From: Macrostomum lignano
Lineage: Eukaryota
Reading direction: 5' to 3'
Assembly (NCBI GenBank): GCA_002269645.1
Contig: NIVC01000984.1
Coordinates: forward strand, 310,001 to 374,000
Length of the DNA stretch: 64,000 nucleotides
Numbering within the stretch: position 1 is the stretch's first letter; each line of letters starts with the position of its first letter. The position numbers and the translations under genes are program-made. The notes under the pieces are model-generated. The model was not told the DNA's origin and ran no database searches. It saw nothing but the letters and a program-made list of their open reading frames with translations. This document shows positions 53,778-64,000 of the stretch, one piece after another.

Positions 53778-54955
53778 CAGTGACGGCCTTCCAAGCTACT
53801 GCAGAGAGGGTAGCGGTGACCTGCCAAGCTACTGCAGAGAGGGTAGCGGTGACCTGCCAAGCTACTGCAGAGAGGGTAGCGGTGACCTGCCAAGCTACTG
53901 CAGAGAGGGTAGCGGTGACCTGCCAAGCTACTGCAGAGAGGGTAGCGGTGACCTGCCAAGCTACTGCAGAGAGGGTAGCGGTGACCTGCCAAGCTACTGC
54001 AGAGAGGGTAGCGGTGACCTGCCAAGCTACTGCAGAGAGGGTAGCGGTGACCTGCCAAGCTACTGCAGAGAGGGTAGCGGTGACCTGCCAAGCTACTGCA
54101 GAGAGGGTATCGGTGACCTGCCAAGCTACTGCAGAGAGGGTAGCGGTGACCTGCCAAGCTACTGCAGAGAGGGTAGCGGTGACCTGCCAAGCTACTGCAG
54201 AGAGGGTAGCGGTGACCTGCCAAGCTACTGCAGAGAGGGTAGCGGTGACCTGCCAAGCTACTGCAGAGAGGGTATCGGTGACCTGCCAAGCTACTGCAGA
54301 GAGGGTAGCGGTGACCTGCCAAGCTACTGCAGAGAGGGTAGCGGTGACCTGCCAAGCTACTGCAGAGAGGGTAGCGGTGACCTGCCAAGCTACTGCAGAG
54401 AGGGTAGCGGTGACCTGCCAAGCTACTGCAGAGAGGGTAGCGGTGACCTGCCAAGCTACTGCAGAGAGGGTAGCGGTGACCTGCCAAGCTACTGCAGAGA
54501 GGGTAGCGGTGACCTGCCAAGCTACTGCAGAGAGGGTAGCGGTGACCTGCCAAGCTACTGCAGAGAGGGTAGCGGTGACCTGACAAGCTACTGCAGAGAG
54601 GGTAGCGGTGACCTGCCAAGCTACTGCAGAGAGGGTAGCGGTGACCTGCCAAGCTACTGCAGAGAGGGTAGCGGTGACCTGCCAAGCTACTGCAGAGAGG
54701 GTAGCGGTGACCTGCCAAGCTACTGCAGAGAGGGTAGCGGTGACCTGCCAAGCTACTGCAGAGAGGGTAGCGGTGACCTGCCAAGCTACTGCAGAGAGGG
54801 TAGCGGTGACCTGCCAAGCTACTGCAGAGAGGGTAGCGGTGACCTGCCAAGCTACTGCAGAGAGGGTAGCGGTGACCTGCCAAGCTACTGCAGAGAGGGT
54901 AGCGGTGACCTGCCAAGCTACTGCAGAGAGGGTAGCGGTGACCTGCCAAGCTACT
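53778..54955. repeat. 33-bp minisatellite GCGGTGACCTGCCAAGCTACTGCAGAGAGGGTA, about 35 copies
   Basis: Almost perfectly homogeneous. Confidence 0.97.
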
Positions 54956-55331
54956 TGGAAGAAGGTAGGTGCCCAGCTGATTGTGGGAATTTTATGCATC
55001 CACCAATGGGAATTTACACACGTTAATGGCGTACTAAACCGCAATAAACACCTGGTAAATATTGGTTACGCAAGGCAATATAAAAAAGATTGGTCGCATT
55101 TCTATGATATTATTACTGGTACTTTTCAGTTCTAATGCTACAAAAATGGCGACAAACACAGAAGTTTTGTTCGTTCCAGTAAAATAAAAAAACAAAGTCT
55201 GTTCAGTCAAGTCTGCTCAAGTCTATCAAAATCAATTGTCTACGTGCTTTGATTATTCAAAAGACAACACTAGCTGCTAATGCAGGTATTCTTCTAAGCT
55301 AACCTCCACCCACAGAGACTCGGAGGCAGAG

Positions 55332-57891
55332 CTACTGAGGTGGCAGACCGGCTCCGGTTTCCACGCCGCCCTTCTGCTGGTAGCCGCCGCTGCCGCCGCT
55401 CGGATCGGGCCCGCCGCCAGCAAAGTCGGACTCGCCGTAGGCCTGCTCAGGGTACATGCGCTTGAACCATACTGTCTCCTTGAACAGGAACCACAGACTG
55501 GCGCCCCATAGGAACACGTTGGCAAAGCCGCAGATCTGTAGTGTGCCAGTGACATTGCAGGTTGACAGAAAGTTCAACATTTACAGTACTATTCGATTCT
55601 GCAGCTGGTAATCTGCAGCACTTATGCAGTCTGTTACCCAGTACATTACAGCATTATGCAGTCTGTCACCCAGTACATTACAGCATTATTCAGTCTGTCA
55701 CCCAGTATATTACAGCATTATGCAGTCTGTCACCTAGTATCTAGATACATTACAGTTCTCGTATACAGGCTGTCAGACAGTACATTACAGCACTATTCAG
55801 GACATTACAGGCTCAAACAGTACACTACAGCACTATGCAGAACATTACAGGCTGTCAGATAGCACACTACAATAAGATATACTAATCTGAAAAAGCACAG
55901 TCTAAAGTACAAAATATCAAAAAACTCTCCCATAATAGAATAGCCATGTATTTGTAAAAGAAAGCTATTTTACTCGAACTTACAAGCGACACATCCAAGC
56001 CACCATAGCCAAAGTACTCCTTGGTCTTGCATTCGGCCAAGCCCAGACAAGCGGTGATCTGGTGCCACAGCCTGTCCGGGTAGGTCTCTAGCTTAAAAAA
56101 GCTGACGCCGACGGCCCAGGCCACGGAGGCGATGAACCAGAACAGAGTCCAAACGGCGGTGACTATGAAATCCTGCGGGGCCAGATTTCGCTATGCATTC
56201 GTTACTAACAGCATACACATTACCGACTACTGTGTGCAGTAGCTAATCAGCTTAAAAGTGTTTTTTTAATAGCTGATCACACAGCTCAGGGTGTTTAAAC
56301 TGACTAAGGAGTGAGCTATATCTGACTAAACTGACTAAGGAGTGAGCTATATCTGACCAAACTGACCCAGGAGTGAGCTATATCTGACCAAACTGACTCA
56401 GGAGTGAGCTACAATATATCTGACTAAACTGACTAAGGAGTGAGCTATATCTGACCAAACTGACTCAGGAGTGAGCTATATCTGACTAAACTGACTAAGG
56501 AGTGAGCTATATCTGACTAAACTGACTAAGGAGTGAGCTATATCTGACCAAACTGACTCAGGAGTGAGCTATATCTGACTAAACTGACTAAGGAGTGAGC
56601 TATATCTGACTAAACTGACTAAGGAGTGAGCTATATCTGACCAAACTGACTCAGGAGTGAGCTATATCTGACCAAACTGACTCAGGAGTGAGCTATATCT
56701 GACCAAACTGACCCAGGAGTGAGCTATATCTGACCAAACTGACTCAGGAGTGAGCTACAATATATCTGACTAAACTGACTAAGAGTGAGCTATATCTGAC
56801 CAAACTGACTCAGGAGTGAGCTATATCTGACTAAACTGACTAAGGAGTGAGCTATATCTGACTAAACTGACTAAGGAGTGAGCTATATCTGACCAAACTG
56901 ACTCAGGAGTGAGCTATATCTGACCAAACTGACTCAGGAGTGAGCTATATCTGACCAAACTGACTCAGGAGTGAGCTATATCTGACCAAACTGACTAAGG
57001 AGTGAGCTATATCTGACCAAACTGACTCAGGAGTGAGCTATATCTGACCAAACTGACTCAGGAGTGAGCTATATCTGACCAAACTGACTCAGGAGTGAGC
57101 TATATCTGACCAAATTGACTCAGGAGAGCAACAGTCAACCAAACCGCAGGAGCTTACAATCTGGGGCACCAGGTCATTGTCATTGTAGACCTGCTCGAAG
57201 ACGACATACAGAACAGCGATGCCAATGCAGTAGAGAAAGGCCATCACGCCAACAAAAACGTAGAACTGAGCAGAGGACATATAGCTACCAAATGGATAGT
57301 TGAGGCCAGGCTGAACAGTGCTGACGCCAGTGCTGGGACAGACTATCGACTCAACAGCCGAGTCAGGCATATAGAATGGATAGCTAACTGTGAGCTGCCG
57401 ACTGCCAGTATCATTTCCCGTCTTGCATCGGTACTCGAATTTCATTGTTGAATTATAGCCGGCAGTCGTAGAAAATGCCAGGATTGCAAATAGCTAAAAA
57501 CACAAATAGTGCAACCGAACTCGGGTGATACTGCCAGGACAGGGTTCTGCCCTTATACTCGTAGGCTTCTTCAGATGACTCAATGCTAGACTTCACCCAT
57601 AAGCTACGCTGAACACATGCAAATGTACTTATACTCTTCCACTCTTGCATGGCGGCATTTTTTGCCTGTAATGCAAGCTTTTCGCGCCACAGTCTATACT
57701 TTCTACTTATCAGTAGTCAAACTCTGACAATAAATAAATCATTAAGCATCAAAATTATATATAAACTTAGTGCATTCACCACTAGCATCGAGTGACCAAT
57801 TTAGGTGAATGTCAAGTAAAACAAAGTAAATACTCACCAGCTGAATAAGCCGCATCATTCCTCTTGGCTCTTTGAATACTTCTAGATACAT
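55332..57891 (-). CDS. SYP: Synaptophysin/synaptoporin-family MARVEL four-TM vesicle protein, about 260 aa
   Basis: Exons 57891-57838, 57493-57158, 56172-55984, 55535-55332, all phase 0 and GT-AG. KEPRGMMRLIQLLFAILAFSTTAGY, YPF, SSAQFYVFVGVMAFLY, DFIVTAVWTLFWFIASVAWA, GFANVFLWGASLWFLFKETVW, and a Gly/Tyr/Gln tail. An upstream exon is possible. The symbol denotes the family, not a specific paralogue. Confidence 0.9.
55620..55870. repeat. Degenerate ~32-bp repeat CAGTACATTACAGCATTATGCAGTCTGTCACC
   Basis: Last intron of the synaptophysin-family gene. Confidence 0.8.
56295..57125. repeat. 31-bp minisatellite AACTGACTCAGGAGTGAGCTATATCTGACCA
   Basis: Direct periodicity. Confidence 0.95.
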
Positions 57892-59546
57892 GTTTTGCTG
57901 TAAAAAGATTTTTATTTTTATATTATAGCTTCAATAGAAGTTTTTGACAATGGATATGGCATGACATGGCATACAACAAGGAGTAAAAGTAGAAATTACA
58001 TAATAGTATACAATAGAGTTACAGAAATGTATAATAATAACAATAAATGTTAGTAAAAATAAAAAATGTTAATTTAACATTAAATGTAAGGCAATATAAA
58101 AGTTAAGTATATATATATTTTCCAGTAAACCAATATTTTTAATACATCCTGATGTACTTTAGTGCTTATGTTTTTAATTATCTAGGCTTCTAAGACTTAT
58201 TTTTAAGAAGTTTCATTTTCTCCCATTTGGTTCATTTGAATATTGCCTTTAAAATGATAAAAAAAATTCTTTTCCTATTAGAAATAGGAGAAAATATATA
58301 GAAAGAGAAAAACATTAAGTTGTTAGTTTAAACTGTATATATTTCCATTGAGTTATAATATTCAAAGCAAACTCAATTAGTAACCTTAGAATTAGTAATA
58401 ATCAAGTGCTGGTCATTTTTAATATAGAAATAGAAGATAGATATATAGTTTTAGAATAGGCTTATTAAACTATGGCCCTCTAATCTCAATAATGTCTAGA
58501 CAGAGAAAAATACCAATAAAAGCAAATAGAGATTAGAATAAATTGAATAGAATAAATCGGTGAAGAATTGCTCGCTCTAGAGCATTATGGACATTCAAGC
58601 AAGCAAGCATACAAACCTTAGAGATTTAGTATATTTAGAAGTACAGAAAACAAAACAAATAAGATTAATATAGTATAATAAGAAGGCTCAGCCTAAGAAT
58701 TAAGCATTATATACTACTCAAAATATATAACACATCAGAAGTAGATTAAGTATTATTTAGTAATATACCAAAAGAGCATGACCTTAATATCACCTAGTCA
58801 AAAAGATAGGCCTAGCAAAGCATAAATTATCTCTATATTATTTGTATAGCATATATTAACCTATCAAAACTATATAAAACCCATATTGCAAAAAGTGTAG
58901 TATACACTGGAAAATTCCAGCATACAAATGCTTTAGCTGGCGTATATCTAGTATACAAATGTTTTAGCTAGTGTATATATGGCATACAAGGAGAAAATAC
59001 AACTTTTTAGCATAATTACTAGCTTATAATTTTTAACTATACATGTTCAAGCTTGCAGCACAGCATATAAAAGAATCAAAGTATATGTCATAATTTCATA
59101 AATTATGCTAAACAATTCTTTGCTATAGTAGGCCTAAAGGTAATTTTAAATTTATGATAATAAATATTTTTTAATAATATAATTAGTTTCTATAGTAACT
59201 AGTTAAAAATATACCTAAAACAATAGGTATATATAAAACAAAAGGTAATATATAACTATTTTGTTTTACTAATTTTTTTTAATAGTTTTGCTTTTTTGTA
59301 GCAATTATTTGCCACATATCTATTGCTTGTGTCATTGGTTCTATGTTTTGTAATCACGCAATTTTTAGTGGCATACAATTAATTAGAATACCTAATTGGT
59401 ATAATTTATTAGCGTATACTTTACTACTCGTAGATGATAGCCAAATTATTTCTAGTGTATTGTACATATACAAGGGTTGTCAGAAAAGTTCTGTGTATAA
59501 GAGAATAACTCAACTCTATGAATAGCTGAAGAGTTGGGGTTTTAGC

Positions 59547-59551
59547 CATAG

Positions 59552-59606
<55 letters not shown>
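59547..59606. repeat. (TA)n microsatellite
   Basis: Inside the mariner 5' region. Confidence 0.95.
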
Positions 59607-59609
<3 letters not shown>

Positions 59610-59743
59610 AGTTGCTAGCTTCAGTTTTAGAGCACCAGATCATTTCTAGCCTGTGTAGCAGTAATTATTCAACCACACCCATGGCGCATTCTATACTTGG
59701 TATTCTATACCAAGACCAAGACCATTCTAGACCAATACATGCA

Positions 59744-59808
59744 CCCTAACCCTAACCCTAACCCTAACCCTAACCCTAACCCTAACCCTAACCCTAACCC
59801 TAACCCTA
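59744..59808 (-). repeat. Interstitial telomeric tract (TTAGGG)10
   Basis: Ten perfect CCCTAA units plus CCCTA on the plus strand. Confidence 0.95.
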
Positions 59809-60752
59809 TCCTGCAAGAGAGTTTTTCTAAACACAACTTTCAAGTGATCATCAAGTTTCATGTCTTTTAGGGGCATTCAGCAACCAAGATTTTTGAAGAA
59901 ATATAGCAGACCATAGGAGACTTTTGCCCATCTTATGAGACAATTTGCTACTGGGCTATTGCTATTTGCAATGGCAAAGAAGACCTTGATGACAAGCCAC
60001 GCAGTAGACAACCAACAAGTGCTTGGACTGACAGCCTGGTGAGTTAGGTGGAGGCAGCCATGCTGCAGGACTGGAGACTGACCACCAGGCAGCTGGCTGA
60101 TGCCATAGGGGTGTCCTACAACTTAGTTCATAAGATCCTGACCAAGGACCTTGGATGGGCAAGGTCTGTGCCAAGTGGATGCCACATCTGCTCACTGACA
60201 ATCAGCAGGCTCAGCAGGTTGCCATGTGCGCATCCAACCTGTAGCGGTGTCAGTGGGAGGGCATGGCATTCCTGCGTGCAGGCCAGGTTCTCCACAACCT
60301 CAAAGGCCATCTGGAGCATTGGTCAATTTAAGGTCATGCACGTGACTTTCTTTGACCAGGAGGGTCTGTTGTTTGATCAGCCTGTGCCAGTGAGGCAGAT
60401 GGTCAATGGTGATTTCTACCTGTCAGTTCTAGTGAAAGTTTGGCATGCCATTCGGGACAAAGGCCTGCATTTCACATGGCTGGCCTGATTCTGCTTTATG
60501 ACAACACAGCCCTATACCAAAAGCAAAGCGTGCTAGCTACGATCAAGTTGTACGGATAGGAAATTCTTCCACATCCATTTTATTCCCTGGACTTAAGTCC
60601 ATGCAACATTTTCCTTTTCCCTCAAATCAAGGAGTCAATGTGAGGCCAGCGTTTCAGTGCAAAAGAAGATGTGAATCGGGCCTACAAGGCTGGCATTGTT
60701 GCCATGACAAACAATGGCATGATTGCAGGCATTGATGGGCTAGTGCAGCGTT

Positions 60753-63115
60753 CAGGGGCGCGTCCAGAGTTTTCAGGATGGGGGGGCCCAGTTAGGGCCC
60801 AGTAAAAACTGAAGGGGCAATACCAACATCTTGAATTGAGTTTTTTAATTATTGTAAAAGCAAATTTTTACCGAAAAGTAAAAATGACATCCAAAAAAGA
60901 TCTCACAAAGAATGAATGCTATAGCTAAGTTGATTTATATTCTCTCTTATTTACATTTAGACATTCTAAATGTTTTTGCCCAAGAACACTTTTTAGGATT
61001 TGCAATTTGAAAATTTTTGAATAGAAAGCTAAACACAAATACATTTAACTTTACAGTTTACTTTTCCTGGCAGATTATTATCAAAAAACTCTGTTGGTTC
61101 ATTTAATTATTGGCTAATCTCTGCAAAGTATATATTTTTACTGAGAGGAGAGGGCAGAGAAGAAGGGGAGAGAGTAGGGAGAGATAAATAGGAGGAGAGA
61201 GTAGAGGTGAGAAGAGGGAGAAATGAGAGAGATGAGATGAGAGAGGAGAGAGTAGATAGGATGAAGTAGATAGGATAAAGGATAAAGAGAGGAGATAGAA
61301 GAGAGTAGAGATGAGAGAAGAGAGAAAAGATGGGAGAAAGTATAGAGAGCAGATAGAAGAGAGTAGAGATGAGAGAGGAGAGAGTATATAGGAGAGAGTA
61401 GAAAGATGAGAGTGGAGAAAGGAGAGATTAGAAAGGGTGGGGATAAGCAAGCAGAGAGAAGAGAGAAGAGATGTTAAAAAGGATAGTACAGATTAGAGAT
61501 CAGGGAGAGAGGAGATAGATAGGAGAGATGAGAAATGAGAGCAGAGAAGTAGAAAGAAGAGAGGAGAGAGAGAAGAAGAGGGAAGTTTTGAGAGATAGGA
61601 GAGTGAGAAGTGAGAAGAGGGGAGAGAGGAAACAGTGAGAGCAGAGAGAAATGAGAAGAGATAAGAGAGCAAGCAAAGAGAGAGCAAAGAGAGACGAGAA
61701 AGAGTAAAGTTAGGAGAAAAGAGATAAGGTGGTAGAGATGACAGGAGAAATAAGAAATGAGATATGAGATATGAAAGAGAAGAGAGAGGAGAGTAAAGAG
61801 AGAAGAGAAGAGACAAGAGAAGAGAAGAGAGGAGAAAGGAAAGAGAGGAGTCAAAGACGGGAAATAAAAGAGTACAGGGAAAAGACATGACAGAACATAT
61901 AAGAGATTAAAGTTGACAGAAGAGAGAACAGAGACGAGAGTAAACAGACAAGAGATGGGAGAGTAGAGAGAACAGAGGACAGAGAAGAGATTATGAAGAT
62001 GAGAGAAGAGAGTAGGGAGAAGAAAAATGTGTAAGAGCAGAGAAGAGATACAAAGGGAGAAAGAAGTGGAGTAAAGAGAGAAGAGGGGAGAGAATCGACA
62101 ACAGCTGGGAGAGAGGGGAGAGGAAAGAAGAGAATGGAGAGGGGAGAAAGTAGAGAGAAGAGAGATGGGCAACGGAGAGCAGAGAGATAAATAAGAGGAG
62201 AGAGGAGAGAGGAAATAAGAGAGAAGATATGAGATGAGAGAGATGAGAGAGAAGAGAAGAGAGGAGAGAAAAGAGAGGAAAGGGAAGAGACGAGAGTAGA
62301 GGGGAAAGAGGAGAGAGGAGAGCAGAGAGAAAAAAGTGAGGAGAGAGGAAAGAACAGGGAAGAGATGCGATGAGAGAAGAGAGAGGCAAAAAAATAGAAA
62401 TGCGAAGAGATAAGAGAGCAGAGATAAAATAAGAAAAAGGAGGGATGAGAGAAAAGACGTGAGAGAAGAGAGGTGGGGGAAAAGACAAAAGAAGAGGGGA
62501 GAGAGAAGAGAGGAAAGAGGAAAGAAGAGATGACAGGAGAGACGAAAGATGAGAGAAAAGAGAAGAAACAGAAGCAAAGATAGAAGTTTCAAAGGATCCG
62601 AGGGATGTACATGTAGAGAGAGGCAGAGGCAGAGGTCAGAGTTTTCTTGAATTTTCCAATACATGTTTTAGATCGACATTGCCTGATGATATTCTGCACA
62701 GCATCCTAGCCAACGAGATCAATGCTTGCCTCAAATCTTAATTTTACATGAATTTACTCCATTTTATGTTCATCTCCATCCTAACTATTAACAAGTTTTT
62801 GTTTGAGTATGACTTCAAATTCTAGAATATGTGCGAAAATAATTCCCGAGATTGGAATTCCACGGGTTCAAGATCCACAGGTTTCAACAGCTTACAAGTG
62901 TTTGTATAAAAACTATTGTTTCTAAAATTAATATTGCAAAAAAGAAAAAAAGGGTTTTTCAAACTATTTTTTGGAAAATCCAAAGTGAAAAAAACTGAAA
63001 GTGGGGGTGGGCCACAGGGGGGCCCGTGGCTTAATTGGGGGGGGCCACAGGGGGGGCCCGTGGCTTAATTGGGGGGGCCCAGGCCCCCCCTAGCCCCACC
63101 TTGGACGCGCCACTG
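60753..63115. mobile_element. Non-autonomous hAT-superfamily element, 2363 bp
   Basis: TIRs CAGGGGCGCGTCCA / TGGACGCGCCACTG (13 of 14). Perfect 8-bp TSD GCAGCGTT at 60745-60752 and 63116-63123. GGGGGCCC subterminal repeats. No transposase inside. Confidence 0.92.
61140..62640. repeat. Purine-rich (GA/GAA/GAG) low-complexity tract inside the hAT element
   Basis: About 1.5 kb, almost all A/G on the plus strand, with no fixed unit. Confidence 0.9.
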
Positions 63116-64000
63116 GCAGCGTTAGAAGAAGTGCATTGAAGCTAAAGGCTCATACTTTGAGTGAATAAATATTAAGGAAGACATTTGTAATTTTTTATAT
63201 TTCTATAGGCTACTATTTATCATTCTCAAGTTATTACAATATATACAGAACTTTTTTTGACAACCCTCATACTACGATTAGCAATATGGTATAAAACATA
63301 TGTATAAGTGAAACATTTTAAAATGCAAATATTATAACAAATAAATATTATAATTCATGAAAGTCACTAAAAATAAATTGTATACTATATGCATCAAATA
63401 CTTATATATTGTATATACCATGATTAAAGACCAAATGCATTGCCATTAGGGACCCTGGCTTTATATAGGCTCCTATACCAAAATTTTCTTTGATAAAGAG
63501 TAGGGCCTAGACCATTTTTACTATACTAGGCTATAAAAGTATAACAATTTTAATTGCAATGGTAAGGTAAGCTTAGAAATTAGAATAAGAGATTTGACTG
63601 CAAATATAAGAGCCTATATAGCAAAAAGCTTTATAAATTTATATAGAAGCAATTGAAAAAATTAAAAAATTATTTTTATTTTATTTTTATTTTGTTAAAA
63701 CTTTGTGTTTACTAACTCCTAGTACTAAATAAATTAGAATGAATACTAGACATTTTAGTGCTAGAGATTTTGGTACCAGACACTTCAATGTCAATTATCT
63801 TGGGTGCCAAATTATATTGCATAATATAATAGGCCTAGTCTAATATAATAAATCACATCTCTTCTCTCCATTGCTCCCTATTTTTTCTCCTCTCTCTTCT
63901 TATCTCTTCACCTTTATCTCTGCTTTCTTATCTCTCTTCTTTCTTCTATCATCATCTACTCTCTTAAAATCAGATGCTGACTCTAATAATACTGCATACG

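Larger units (their letters stand above)
59820..63164 (+). pseudogene. Mariner transposase pseudogene, split by the hAT insertion (59820-60752 + 63124-63164)
   Basis: VIIKF, DDKPRSRQP, LTTRQLADAIGVS, KVCAKWMPHLL (WVPHxL motif), KVMHVTFFDQEG, LLYDN, YSLDLSPCNIFLF (YSPDLAPSD motif), QR*KKCIEAKGSYFE*. Multiple stops and frameshifts, and the first catalytic Asp region appears deleted. Confidence 0.88.
59471..63269 (+). mobile_element. Degenerate full-length mariner element (about 1.3 kb own sequence) with nested insertions
   Basis: TA|CAAGGGTTGTCAGAAAAGTTCTGT at the left and ACAGAACTTTTTTTGACAACCCTCA|TA at the right form a TIR pair with a TA target site. Decayed transposase lies between them. 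Confidence 0.88.

Noticed and set aside
59744-59808. Chromosome end
   Set aside because: Only 10 units, with continuous mariner sequence on both sides, so it is interstitial.

Overview
Animal genomic DNA with GT-AG spliceosomal introns, GC- and CpG-rich exons and TTAGGG-type telomeric repeat. The style, with non-coding DNA dominated by minisatellites, resembles a free-living flatworm such as Macrostomum; the species is an inference. Five genes lie head-to-tail on the minus strand. In transcription order they are a synaptophysin-family gene (4 coding exons), NDUFB6 (2), DPM1 (2), a complete 361-aa viperin/RSAD2 (4) and a Caskin (ANK-SH3-SAM-SAM, 10 exons, running off the left edge). Roughly 45% of the window is about 40 mostly unrelated tandem arrays, and nearly all long ORFs in the track are translations of these arrays. 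There is a near-identical triplication inside a Caskin intron, and a mariner relic carrying a nested hAT element and an interstitial telomeric tract. The most interesting signal is the viperin upstream region: four near-identical STAT/GAS sites (TTCYTGGAAATT), an ISRE core (GAAACCGAAA) and a TATA-like element. This looks like an interferon-stimulated-gene promoter in an animal expected to lack interferon. Other leads are a minisatellite visibly derived from a duplicated exon/5' splice junction, arrays that tend to begin just after 5' splice sites, and strong CpG loss in the transposon relic but not in exons. All coordinates and counts were read by eye, and array edges are approximate.
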